NCBI GenBank assembly: GCA_024679065.1
Contig: JAGIQG010000015.1
Span: 20,894,001-20,958,000 of the forward strand
Source: Sphyrna mokarran
Lineage: Eukaryota
Reading direction: 5' to 3'
DNA: 64,000 nucleotides
A program made the translations under genes and the position numbers. Positions 24,196-36,812 of the stretch are shown piece after piece. The notes under the pieces are model-generated. The model had not been told where the DNA came from. It searched no databases and saw only the letters and a list, made by a program, of their open reading frames with translations. The stretch's first letter is position 1; each line of letters opens with the position of its first letter.

Positions 24196-26845
24196 TATTG
24201 AAAACAAAAAATTCAGGAATTAAGTATTAATTGTGGGGCTGATACTTTAGAAGGAGAACACATTACCAGCTCTTTCCCAGACTGATCTTTAAACTGGTAA
24301 TTCTGGCTATTGAATACATCACGTGAATCTCAATCACGTGGTTCAAAGACGTATGGGTTAGGTTGATCGGCCATGACAAATTGCATGTAGTGTCGGGGGA
24401 TTAGCAAAGTAAATAATGGGGTTAAGTGCATTGGGCGATTGTTGTCGGTGTAGACTCAATGGGCCAAATGGCCTCCTTCTGTACTGTAGGGATTCTATGA
24501 TTTGCCCACATTTTGCAAATGTTTCTGTGTTTACCTTCGTTGAGTGTAGAATTGTTCTGGAAGCCCCAAAAATTCAAGATTAACCCCCTAAGAAGTTAAT
24601 TCAAGATTAACCCACTAATGTGTGAAACCTGGAGAAAAGTCATTGAGTGTGAAAAAATGTTGATTCATTTTCTTGGAAAACTTTTAATATTGACGATGGT
24701 GAAAAGGGTTATTGAATGATTGAAAGTGGAAGATGATGTGAAGAATCACCAGGAACATATCCAACAAGAAGCTGTGGCTGAGTGTCTCAGCACACCTATG
24801 TACCTTTGCACGATAGTCACTTTTATTTAAAGTCCTCTTTTTCTTTCAGGTACCATAAGCCAGGTACCATGGCTTATGAGGGCATTGGAGACCTTGGACT
24901 TGCATTGGATTGGCCCCTGATTATGCTTGGCAAAGCGCTGCAGTGGTTTGCTGTTGCCCTCGCCAGTGTGGCCGATTAGGAAACGCTCCTACTTTAATCT
25001 CCTGCCATCTGGCAAATTGGAGGAATTTACAGACTAATAATCAACCTGCTTGGCCACATTCCAAATGCACTTTCCATGCCCAGCAAATCCTGAAGCAGGA
25101 CTTGAAGCTGGAGCTTCTAACCCAGAGGTAGGGATGCTACCACTGTGTGACAATATCCTCCTTTTTAAAAGAAATAATTGCACAACTTGGACAAAAATAT
25201 TATGGGATCACATCACATAAACATTTATATGTTGAGTTGTTACCTCAGGTTGGGTGTATTCTGGAGGTTGAATATTTAATCACAGGATATTTCTCATGTA
25301 ACTTGCAGTGAGTAACCTTGATTGTACACGGGTAGAGGACATGTGAGTCGACTGTGCCACACTTTTGATGCTGGAACTGGTCTAAGGAAATTAGGCCCAG
25401 AAAACTCTGGTCAATGATGTGTAGAATTACAAAGAAGATACCCACTGCTTGTTTTGCACTCAAGTGACTGAACACCTCTCAATATAGTTTAAATTTCCCT
25501 GATTATTATTTGGATTTGCGTCTTCTGTCAGTTTTTTCTGTTTAACTATCTAATTGGTTGGTCTTACATGCTTTGCAATTTTTGTGGCGTCTAGTGCCAA
25601 TCAAAGCAATAGAAGCTTAGAACTCTCCATGTCTGTGGGACAACTTCAAAATGTAATCTTTTTATCACACCCATTCTGCACAGATTCAGCAAATAAGAGA
25701 TGTGATTTTGACTTTAGTTCTTCTAGCAACTGTCTTGCAATTTTTTTTCTTTTGGTTCTAGAAATGGAAAGTAATAAAAATCTTGGAGATGGGTCCCACG
25801 ACCTCACAACGGCACTTTCAAGAGTCCATCCTGCCAGCAACCTTTCTTCCCTGCCTCCTTGTGGACATTTGGGAACTCCACCCCCTTGGATCTCACCAAC
25901 TGCAAATCCCAATCCCCGGCACTACCAAGGTATTGCTTGGGCATGGACTGTCTCACGTGGTAACTATACTATGGTGCTTACCCGCAAGCCCCCGGTGGGG
26001 AGCATTAACCAGGTTCCTATTTGTCAAATGCTGTTATAAATCCCTCTGACCTGACATCAGGAGTAAGGATCTTAACATGGAGGAATAACAGAGCGGTGAA
26101 GCCATTAATGATATTGAAATGTATGATAATGGAGTTCTTGATCTTTCATGTTAGGGACATCATTATGTTATTGATAGCGGAGATGAGACAGGGAGAATGG
26201 AAATCCCAATGACGTAAAAGCCATTTGGGGAGCTCCATTTGTTCCTTCACCAGATAAAAATGGTGAGCAGAGAAACTCCCACCCTTAATATACATAATGG
26301 GCAGGATTTTCCTGCCCCCATCCCCACTACAGAATATTCTGCAGTGGCTGAGGTAGACCGTCATTGGGCAGAATATTCTGATCCCAGTATCAACAGGATT
26401 TCCTGTTGTTGGCAACCTCCGTCAGTGGGACTGGAAAATTTGCTGGCAGCAACAGCCAGAAACTCCCAACCGATGTCTATTCAGAGGCAATTGGACAGCT
26501 CTCTGGCACAGGAAGACTGGGTTGCATGGCTTTCTTGTGCTGAAAGATTTTTATTATTCTCTTTGGTCTTCTGTTCTAACTTCTAAAAGACAGCACCTGT
26601 TAAACAAAACAGAACAGTAAATACAATAACTGCTTGAATTGCATTTAAGCCTCCCTACCAAAATGGATATATTGGTAAATCCCATCCAAGTTAATGCAAT
26701 GCTTTCATTCTGCTAATGTACTCTCTGCTGAATCCACCAGATGTCAGTGATGCATCACAAACACAAATATATATTGTATATGTCAATACTAATGTACTTT
26801 CTCATGGCATTGCTTTTGGTTCAGTTATGGGTTTTGGGAATAAGG

Positions 26846-27109
26846 ATGGCATGGCGGCACAATGGTTAGCACTGCTGCCACACAGCGGCAGGGTTCAATC
26901 CTGGCCTTGGGTCACTGTCAGTGTGGAGTTTGCAATCCTCTTTGCCTGCGTGGGTTTTCTCCAGATGCTCCAGTTTCCTTCCAGGTTAGGTGGTCATGCT
27001 AAATTGCCCCCTAGTATCAGGGGATTGGCAGGATAAATAGATGGTCCTGGTGGGATTGTTGATGGTGCACGCACGATGGGCAGAATGACCTCCTGCAGGG
27101 ATTCTATGC
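26846..27109 (+). mobile_element. HE1-like SINE, CR1-type tail
   Basis: Family match (a partial copy also lies at 24345-24501). Confidence 0.8.
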
Positions 27110-27852
27110 TTCCATAAATATACCATGTATTGTTTGTTCAATCATATGAAGCCCTTCACATGTTTCTGTCAGTTAGAATGGTGGTCCTTAAAACTGAAGT
27201 TGGAGTCTGTAGACTTTCCAGATGCTCTGTGAAATTTGAAGACGGAAGGGTTCAAAGGAGTTGAGAGGAGAAGATATTTTGAAACAAGTTGAGGGTATCA
27301 AGGAAATTGACTTGCCTGCTGTTGTTTCCAGGCCATTAATGAATGACCAGAGAAAGTGATACAGAATAAACAAATGGGTAGTGGTTGGACAGGCACGTTT
27401 GATGCAAGACAGGTGCGAAGTGTGAAGAAGACAGTGTACATGAAGGAACGACATTAAGATTTACAATGCACATGATCACCTGGTTATCTCTTGATTCTTG
27501 TTAACTTCTGCTGTCTTGAACGCAAGAACAGAATTCATTGAACTGGCTTAAAGTGCCAGTAAGCATTGTACAGCTGGATTCTTGTCCATCAAATATTTTC
27601 ATTCATCTGTCAAAAAGCAATTAACACAGTTTGTAATATAATTTAGATTGGTGCCTGTAATACTAACTCATTTGAAAAGAGATCCTTCAACCAAAAAGAT
27701 TTGGCGACTATAAGATTTTAAAATTGCTAACATATAAATTTTAGGCTGAATGAATTAAATAGAAGCGGGATGCTGACATTCAATTTATATAGGCATCTCA
27801 TTAGCAAAATTGGGTGTATATTAGTGCTGTGGGTATCCCAACAACACAAAGA

Positions 27853-28175
27853 ATCGTAGAATCCATAGAATCATAGAATCCCTACATTGCAGAAGGAGGC
27901 CATTCAGCCCATCAAGTCTGCACCAACCACATACCCATCCATGTCCTATTCCTGTAACACCACATCTTTACCCTGCTGATCCCCTGACACTATGGTCAAC
28001 TTAGCATGGCCAATCAACCTAACCCAGACATCTTTGGACTGTGGGAGAAAATCAGAGCACTCAGAGGAAGCTCACACAGACATGAGGAGAATGTGCAAAC
28101 TCCACACAGATAATCATCTGAGGCTGCATTCCTTGGTGCTAATGAGACAGCAATGCTAACACTATGCCACCATGC
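27853..28175 (-). mobile_element. HE1-like SINE, CR1-type tail
   Basis: (ATAGAATC)n tail, family match. Confidence 0.85.
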
Positions 28176-28458
28176 TACCATCAATAGTTCAAGAAAGTGA
28201 TTCATCACCACCCTTTCAAGTGCAATAAGGAACTGTCAATAAATCTGGGCTAACCAGCGACACCCAGACCCAAAACATAAAAAAAACTAAACAACAGGGA
28301 AAAAAGGAAAAGTATCATTCATTAAATATAGGACAGTAGGATTAAATCAAAGGGAGTGTCACAGTGGGGAATACAAATCAAAATGTGTTTAGAAAGTCTT
28401 TCAAAAATACCTAGAGCAGTTTTTGCTAGAACTGAAAAGGGAGGGCAATTTAATCTTT

Positions 28459-28750
28459 TTAAAGTTTATTTATTAATGTTACAAGTAGGCTTACAATAAC
28501 ACTGCAATGAAGTTATTGTGAAAACCCCTAAGTGCCACACTCTGGTGCTTGTTCAGATACACTGAGGGAGAATTTAGCATGGCCAATGTACCCTAACTAG
28601 CATGTCTTTCGGACTGTGAGAGGAAACCAGAGCATCCGGAGAAAACCCATGCAGACATGGAGAGAACGTGCAGACTTCACACAGATAATGATCCAAGCTG
28701 GGAATCGAACCCTGGCACTGTGAGGCAGCAGTGCTAACCACTGTGCCACG
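28459..28750 (-). mobile_element. V-domain SINE, Rex-type tail
   Basis: Family match. Confidence 0.85.
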
Positions 28751-29220
28751 CTATTCTTGTACATTATACATCCCTTTCCCCATGCATGTCAAAAATGATG
28801 AAAACCTTTGAGAAACAGTTAGTGATGCTTTTGATTATAAATTAAGTTTTTGTTTTCACGCAGCTTCCTTCTCTTTACTTCCCAAATACAAAACTACAGA
28901 CAAGTTAAATTGTAGGAGAGTTTTTTTCCCAATAAATTTTTGTTTGAACAAGTCACTGAATGACTCAGACATTTTCTGCACTCATGCTGATTTCCAGGAA
29001 ATAGGATTAATTTAGCCCTATATTCACATCACTTCCCGATTCCAATTGGTTCACTGAGTAAAACCAGCCCCTCCCCACATTTTCAATTAATTCAGGAAAC
29101 ATGGGTACGGGAATGGAATCCTCACATCTTCAATGTTTTAATAATCCAGTAAATATTGAGGGGGAGGTGGAATATTTCCCTGTGCTTTCACTTTTCTCCT
29201 CTGGTTCCCCGCAGAAGATT

Positions 29221-29317
29221 AACATAGGGATCTTGGGTAGAAGTGGGAACATTGAGGTGGCGGCGTGGGCTCATTGGGCCGAAGGGCCTGTTTCCCGTGC
29301 TGTTTTGTTCTTTGTTC
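29221..29317 (+). mobile_element. Short 3'-terminal copy of the same CR1 family (copy D)
   Basis: GGGTAGAAGTGGGAACATTGAGGTGGCGGCGTGGGCTCATTGGGCCGAAGGGCCTGTTTCC...TTTGTTC matches 21185-21288. Confidence 0.85.
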
Positions 29318-29336
29318 CTGTTAGTATTGGTGACAA

Positions 29337-29611
29337 GTTTAAAGTTTATTTATTTATGTCACAAGTAGCCCTACATTAACACTACAATGAAGTTAATGTG
29401 AAAATCCCCTATTCGTCATGCTCTGACACCTATTCAGGTACACTGAGGGAGAATTTAGCATGACCAATTCCCCCAACCAGCACACCTTTAAGACTGTGGG
29501 AGAAAACCAGAGCACACGGAGGAAACTTATGCAGACATGGGCAGAACGTGCAGACTCCACACAGTGTGCCCAGCTGGGCATCAAACCCAGGTCCCTGTTG
29601 CTGTGAGGCAG
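29337..29611 (-). mobile_element. V-domain SINE, Rex-type tail
   Basis: Family match. Confidence 0.85.
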
Positions 29612-29737
29612 GGATTATAAATAGTTATTTATTTTGGTAAATGCAATTGATTGAAAATAATGAGGAAAGATTCGCCATAAACCATAAAATGCAGCATATT
29701 AACACAAAAAGAAAACAGTAATTTCCCAATTTTTAAA

Positions 29738-30179
29738 ATTTTATTGTCACATGAATTAGTATACAGTGAAAAGTATTGTTTCTTGCATGCTGTACAGAGA
29801 AGGCATACTGTACACATAGAAAGAAAGGCGAGAATGCAGGATATAGTGTTACAGTCATAGCTAGGATGTAGAGAAAGATCAACTCAGCACAAGGTAAGTC
29901 CATTCAAAAGTCTGATGGCAGCAGAGAAGAAGTTGTTCTTGAGTCGGCTGGTACATGACCTCAGACTTTCGTATCTTTTTCCCAACAGAAGGTGGAAGAG
30001 AGAATGCCCGGGATGTGGAGCCTTTGATTATGCTGGCTGCTTTTCGGAGGCAGCAAGAAGTGTAGACAGCGTCAGTGGATGGGAGATTGGTTTGAATGAT
30101 GGGTTAGGCTTCCTTCATGATTCTTTGTAGTTTCTTGCAGTCTTGGGCAGAACAGGAGCCATACCAAGCTGCGATACAA
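29738..30179 (-). mobile_element. Rex1/Babar LINE 3' fragment
   Basis: Nucleotide match to 31523-32000. Confidence 0.85.
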
Positions 30180-30210
30180 TATTTTTCCCCCCTTGGGACA
30201 GCTTTTTAAA

Positions 30211-30370
30211 CACAGTAAGAAGTCTCGCAACACCAGGTTAAAGTCCAACCAGTTTATTTGATAGTAAACCCACAAGCTTTCAGAAACGCTGTTCCTTCAT
30301 TAGGAGTGTGCAAGGTGTTGTGAGACTTCTTACTGTGTTTACCCCAGTCTAACTCGGGCATCTCCACATC
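30211..30370 (-). mobile_element. Miniature Penelope-derived element with inverted arms
   Basis: Arms at 30208-30234 and 30314-30340; exact 13-bp TSD ACAGCTTTTTAAA (30198-30210, 30371-30383); mutated core CTAATGA...GAAAGCTTGTG. Confidence 0.8.
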
Positions 30371-30579
30371 ACAGCTTTTTAAAGCCATAACCCACCATGT
30401 GTCACGATTCCAGATGGCATTGGTTAACTTTTTTTAAAAAAAATTATTTTTCTATCCAACCTCCCCGAAGATGTCCATTTTTTTCTACCTCGGTATAGAA
30501 CAAAGAAACTTAATGCACGCCACCAATTTTATAGATTTTTTAAAAAATATAATCTCAGTGCAATTCCCTCCTCCCTTGC

Positions 30580-30790
30580 TTACATTTCAGCTGACGGGCA
30601 GTCTGTCCTGGGAATTTTGCTGGGAGTTGTTTCACTGGTTGTTCCAAACGTCAGTCAGTGGCAAGTTCCTCTTTCAGGGGAGTACAGAGAGAGGCAGAGG
30701 CTGCGTACGCTGACAATCGGTGCGGCCGTACAATCCCCAGGGAGCAGGAGGAGTGAATGAGACCTAAGTTATTCCGGTAGGTGAAAGGGG
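30580..30790 (+). promoter_or_regulatory. LGMN: Probable LGMN promoter / non-coding exon 1
   Basis: Local non-repeat CpG cluster (CTGCGTACGC, CGGTGCGGCCGT); donor-like CCG|GTAGGT at 30777; PU.1-type box (AAAGAGGAACT on minus, 30664-30674). The ATG exon has an acceptor just upstream, so a 5' non-coding exon is expected. The assignment is inferred. Confidence 0.5.
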
Positions 30791-31522
30791 CTTCACCTCA
30801 CTGCGCCTTGAGAAAGGGTTCGGAGGCCTTAGGAACGAACACAGGGGGAAGAGGAGAGGGCACTGAGTTGTGTTTAAAAGGGACGATAGGTATGTTTACC
30901 AATCTGCTCTTGATGCAAATAGCGTGAGGAAACCAATCCTTTGACTTTTCTTCTCACTTTCGCCTTTCGTTCTAAATGAGCCAGAGACGGTCTGGTGACA
31001 GTAAAAATGCAGATAAATCAACTCGTGATTCCTAACATTAATAGCATAGCGCAGTGCTTGGAGGTTTGCCCTGGGCTGAACGATCCGGTTTTATTTCGTA
31101 CAGTATGTTCATGTACTATGTATGTTTAACATTGTATTTTCTCTTGCCCTCCGCCGGAGGTGTGATGATCCTCAGGTTATAATCGTCACCAGTCAGTTCT
31201 CCTTCTCCTCCCCTGGGGAGAGCATGCTGAGCTACTCTGAGACTAAGGCGATTTTATCTTAAAAGCTTTCTTTCCAGCTGCCTCCAGATTAATTCAGGGC
31301 TATGGGCCAAGTGCTGATGGACGGGATTAGGTGGGAGTTCAGGTGTTTCTGGTGTAGACTCGAAGGGCTTTTTCTGCACTGTGTGACTCTATGGTAAGAA
31401 GGAAAAGAGCAGATCTTGAACCTTAAAGAGAAATGCTGGAAATATGCACCAGGCCCTTTTTGGTGGCAGGTTAGTGTTTTGTTGAAAGATTCACGCTCTG
31501 TTAGAACTGTCTAGAGGTTACA

Positions 31523-32090
31523 ATTTGATTTGATTCATTATTGTCACATGAATTAATATAGTGAAAAATATTGTTTTTGTGCGCTATACAGTCAAAGCAT
31601 ACCATTCATATAGGAGAGATTGCAGAATGTAGTGTTACAGTCATAGCTAGGGTGTAGAGAAAGATCAGCTTAATGCAAAACTTTGGCAGCAGGGAAGAAG
31701 CTGTTCTTGAATCGGTTAGTACATGAACTCAGATTTTTGTATCCTTCTCCTGATGGAAGATGGTGGAAAAGAGTATGTCTGGGATACATGGGCTCCTTAA
31801 TTATGCTGACTGCTTTTCCAAGGCAGCAGTAAGTGTAGACAATGTTAATGGATGGGAGACTGACTTGCATGATAGACTGGGCTTTGTTTGTGGCTCTTTG
31901 TAGTTTCTTGTGGTCTTGGGCAGAGTAGGAACCATACCAAGCCGTGATACAACCAGAAAGAATGCTTTCTATGGTGCATCTGTAAAAACTAGTGAAAGTT
32001 GTAGTGGACATATTAAATTTCCTTAGTCTTCTGAGAAAGTAGAAGCATTGATGGGCTTTCGTAACTATAGTGTCGGCATGGGGGAAATGA
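31523..32090 (-). mobile_element. Rex1/Babar-clade LINE 3' fragment
   Basis: KAHQCFYFLRRLRKFNMS...FYRCTIESILSGCITAWYG...KKLQR...LPSG...NSFFPAA is the Rex/Babar ORF2 C-terminus; (ATCAA)n tail. Confidence 0.9.
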
Positions 32091-32776
32091 AATGTTACCT
32101 CATTCTTTGTGTCAGATCCTAAAAGATCAAGTTCTACACTTCCAGCAGACATCCTTTGGTTTTCTGCTCTTGTTTTGAGATCTTCCAAAAGGGTATGAAA
32201 AGTGGAATGTGTTTTTTTTGGGGTGTGGGGGAAGTGTTCCTCCGCCTGCCTGGTTCTTTAGCCCTCCAGCCTTTTAGGTTCTTTGTGGAAATCCAATCAT
32301 ACATCATATAAGGACAACAATTTTCAGACTGCTTAGAACAAGCACTGTTAATGTACAACAGGGTAGAACTTTTGAATCTGTAAGTTTCAATTTACCTTTG
32401 CAATAATTCACTTTTTTGTGATGCTGCACTATTTGTGGGTTCAATACAGTGTTATTCTCACTAAGTTGAATGGTAAGTTCAAAGGGTAGATGCTGGGGAG
32501 TGCAGGACAATGGGTTACAGTCTCAGAACAGGGGGTCAACTGATTAACACTGGGATGAGAAGAATCTCCGTAACTGAGAGTTGCGAAACTTCGGAATTCT
32601 CCCTCCCAGAGAGCCCTGAATGCTCAGTCAGAGTATTTTTGAGATAGAGATTCCCCTGGATACTTAAGGAGTGGGGATAGTGTGAGAAGGGGGGACTTGA
32701 GGCAGGAATTCATTGAAATCTTATTGAAAGGCATACAGAGCAGACTGGAAGGGCTGAATGGTTTACTCCTGTTCTT

Positions 32777-33095
32777 AATCATAGAATCATACAGTGCAGA
32801 ATGAGGTCATTGGCCCATCAAGTCTACACTGATCACAGTCCCACCCAGGCTCCATAACCCCATCCATTTGCTCTAGGTAGCCCCCTGGTGCTGAGAAGCA
32901 ATTTAGCATGGTCAATCAACCTAACTCGCACATCTTTGGATTGTAGGGGGAAAACCAGAGTACCCAAAGGAAACCGATGCAGACATGGGGAGAATGTGCA
33001 AGCTCCACACAGACAGTGACCTGAGGCCAGAATTGAATCTGGGTTCCTGGCACTGTGAGGCATCAGTGCTAACCACTAAGCCACCTTGCTGCCCC
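32777..33095 (-). mobile_element. HE1-like SINE, CR1-type tail
   Basis: Family match. Confidence 0.85.
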
Positions 33096-33427
33096 TTTCA
33101 AAGCCCTTTTATAAACCCTATGTATTACACCATGTAATGCAGAATGCAATATTCTACTAGGGTAGAATTTGTGTGTTTTCTTAAGAATACAGAATTTAAT
33201 TAGGAAGTAAGTTCAGTTTCAGTAAAACAATCAATTTATTATCTTGAGGGTGAAAGTCATAATCCTGACTTTGAAAAGTATTGATGCAGTCCTCCAGACT
33301 ACATTCCAGCAGTTGTAAAACAATTGCCTTTGTTTCTTTATTCCTTTTTTTTATTTGAAGTATGACACATATGAAGCATGTGCTACATGTACTAAGATCA
33401 TAATTCGTTTCCAGCAGAGTTACTCAG

Positions 33428-33700
33428 ATAAAGGCAAAACACTATAAATGTTGGAATCTGAAACAAAAACAGAAAATGCTAGAAAATCTCAGCAGGTCTG
33501 ACAGCATCTGTGGGGAGAGAATTGAGCCAATGTTTCGAGTCTGGGTGACCCTTCGTCAGAGCTGAAGACAAGGAAAATTGGACAACATTTGTACAAAGAG
33601 GATGGGGAGGAGTGATAATTGATAGGCATGGCATAAACAAATGGAATGATAAATGCTGAGAAAGGTGCTAAAAGCATCCATTAAGAGATCAGAATGTGAA
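33428..33700 (-). mobile_element. Second Penelope-like family fragment with intact minimal hammerhead core
   Basis: Minus strand AGCT-CTGACGA-AGGGTC-ACCCA-GACTC-GAAA-CA-TT-GGCT at 33524-33564. Confidence 0.75.
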
Positions 33701-34046
33701 AATGGTTAATTACCCAGGTAAGATGCTGCTTTATACAGTACCCTGTTTCTGGATTTTTCTCTACTTGGTTCATAATGTAAATTAAGCCAGCTTTTTTAAG
33801 ATGGTGCAGTTAAATTAGATCAGCTCACAAATGATTCAGTTCTCATAACATGTAAACATCGACAGATCAATTCACTAGTTAGGTCTGGGCTGCAGTATTG
33901 CAGTCAATTCTTAGCACCACATATATGAATCTTCTCGGCGTTCTTTCTTACATTTGTACCAGGGATGAGGTCCTTGTGTTACAGGGAAAGACAAGAGAAG
34001 CTGGAATTGTTCTTAGAGAAAATTAAGGAGAGATTGAATAAAATGA

Positions 34047-34336
34047 GTGGCACAGTGGAATGGTGGTTGGGGCATTGCTGCCTCACAGTGTCAGTGACCT
34101 GGTTTCGATTACCAGCTTGGGTCATTGTCTGTGCAAAGTTTGCATGTTGTCTCCTTGTCTGTATGGGTTTTCCCTGGGTGTTCTGTTTTCCTCCCAGTTT
34201 GAAAGACATGCTGGTTAGGTGCACTGGCCATGCTAAATTCTCCCTTAGTGTACCCAAGTGTGGCGACTAGGGGATTTTCACCATAACTTCATTGCAATGT
34301 TAATGTGAGCCTATTTGTGACACTAATAAATAAGTA
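34047..34336 (+). mobile_element. V-domain SINE, Rex-type tail
   Basis: Family match. Confidence 0.85.
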
Positions 34337-35201
34337 ACACAAATCAGCTGGTTGATTTTCAGTCTCAAGTATTTATCAATCCTTTTTTTGGGGGGCAGTT
34401 AACGTGAACATGGTGGGGGGAGGGGAGGTGCACACCCTGATACTTAGGGGAAGAGATTGTATTATTTATCTAAGTCTTGCTATTGTATGACTGGGCAGTT
34501 GATCAAAATGTTGATCACAGAGAATGCAACCTCTGCTTACTAGAGGAAATAACGATTAAGAGAATATCAAGTAGACACAAGCAAATTGAAATACTGTGTA
34601 GTACAAAATATCTTGAGTTAAGGTCACAAAGTTTAAGTGTTGGGTGATGATAAAGAGTCATGATGTGGAGATGAAATTGGTTGGACTCTAACCTGGTGTT
34701 GTGAGACTTTTTACTGATGATAAAGAGATCAGTTAGGAGGCAACAAATATTCTGGCTTTGATCTATTGTGTTTATTTTTGTTTTATCCCTGTTCATTCAG
34801 TGTGCTGAGATTTGAAAAGTGGCAGGCAGGAAATGCAAGCTAGACCTTCATAATAGCTAATCTCTAATGATATTAGTCTTGCCAAGTTGAAGGATATTGT
34901 TTTATTTTGAAAACAGCAAAAACGCCCGACCACTAATTTTTATATCGAGTGAATAAGTGAAAATAGTTCTTGATTCTCTGGTTTTTGTTGAAGTTCTGAA
35001 CTTTCTGATTTGGTCTGTTTTCTGTGGAGAGTGTTAATTGATGGCTTTGATCATAATATGTTCCATTACTTATGTACTCAATTTCTTAATCTACTAGCTT
35101 TCCTTTCACTGAAGGTGCATAACAGAATAGAGATAGGGAATTTGGTGGTGGACATTACAGCTTTGGTTTACAGTTGTTGAAATCTGAGGATTTTGGTAGG
35201 G

Positions 35202-35495
35202 ATAGAATCCTATAATGCAGAAGGAGGCCATTCAACCCATTGAGGACAGTCCCACCCAGGAGCTATTCCCATAATCCCACCTACTTTCTCTCCTAATTCC
35301 TCTGCCACTAAGGGACAATTTAGCATGGTCCATCCACCTAACCCACATATCTTTGGACCATGGGAAGAAACCAGAGCACTCGGAGGGAACCCATGCAGAT
35401 AAGAGGAGAAGGTGCAAACTCCGCACAGACAGTGACCTGAGGCTGGAATTGAACCTCGGTTCCTGGTGCTGTGAGGCAGCAGTGCTAACCACTGC
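35202..35495 (-). mobile_element. HE1-like SINE, CR1-type tail
   Basis: Family match. Confidence 0.85.
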
Positions 35496-35825
35496 TCTAT
35501 GTCACCCATAAGGGTGCAGTACAGGAGGAGTCATCTTGTGATTTGAAGGACTTGGGTGGAAGTCCTGTAGATTGGGAGCGATGAACGAGTGATTTGAAGG
35601 GTTGTTTATGATTGTGGTTGATATATGGAGTGGGGAAATCGCTAGTGTTTCATAGAGCTGTGGCGATTCTTCAGTTGGGAGCATTAAATAGGGAATACTG
35701 AGAATTTGCAATGTTTGAAAGATGGGAGATCCTTGTTTTTGTTAGAAGGGTGGAAAATGTTGTTTGGCGAAGGTTGAGGGTTTTAAGATTGGGTTGTACT
35801 GAAGTAAAGCTGAGGCAAAATTGAA

Positions 35826-36121
35826 AGTTTAAATTTAAAGTTTATTTATTAGTTTATTACCTTAACATTGCGATGAAGTTATTGTGAAAATCCCCTAGTT
35901 ACCATTCTCTAGCATCTATTCAGGTACAGAGAGAGAATTTTAGCATGGCTAATGCACTTAGCCAGCATGTCTTTCGGGATGTGGTTGAAAACTATAGATC
36001 CTAGGGGAAACCCACACAGACACAGGGGAGAATGTGCAGACCCTGTACAGACAGTGACCCAAGCCAGGAATCAAACTCAGCTCCCTGGAACAGTGATAGC
36101 CACTGTGCCACCGTGCCGCCC
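35826..36121 (-). mobile_element. V-domain SINE, Rex-type tail
   Basis: Family match. Confidence 0.85.
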
Positions 36122-36481
36122 AATGACTTTTGACTTCAACCCCTTCATTAACTTGTCATGCTGTTTGTTTGGCACGCACCTGTGGATGTTCAGAGATCTT
36201 CTTCAAATAGAATTGGAAAGACTAAAGCCACTGTCTTTGCTACAAATTCTGTTGCTTAGTAGCCACCAATTCCATTCCTCTCGCTGACCATTGTCTGAGG
36301 GTGAATCAGGTTGCTTGTTACTTTGGCATCCTCTTGGACTATGAGATGAACCTCCAACTACATATCTGCTTCATCACCAACCAGTTTTCTTCTATCTCAT
36401 AGCCTATCTCTCAAGTAGTCTCAGCTCATTTGCTGCTGAAATCAACATTCTGTGTCTGTGTTACTAGATTTGATTTAAGAG

Positions 36482-36812
36482 AGGAGGTGTTGGCCTAATG
36501 GTATTATCAATCAACTATTACTCCAGAAACTCAGCTAATGGGGACCTGGGTTTGAATCCCACCACAGCAGATGGTGGAATTTGAATTCAATAAGAAGTAT
36601 CTACAATTTAAAATCTACTGATGACCATGAGTTGATTGTCGGAAAAACCTACCTGTTTCACTGATCCCCTTTAGGGAAGGAAATCTGCTGTTCTTGTCTG
36701 GTTTGGTCTACATGTGACTCCAGAGTCACACTAATGAGGTTGCTCTCAACTTCCCTCTGAACAAGGGCACGAGGGTTGGACAATAACTGCTGGCCAACCA
36801 GTGACATCCTTT
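36482..36812 (+). mobile_element. Third tRNA-SINE family (no V-domain); other copies at 50423-50765 (+), 62467-62803 (-), 13860-14015 (-, partial)
   Basis: B-box GGGTTTGAATCCC; body AGGGAAGGAAATCTG...CATGTGACTCCAGA; tail GGGCAATAAATGCTGG shared with LINE 3' ends at 640-790 and 52290-52805. Confidence 0.75.
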
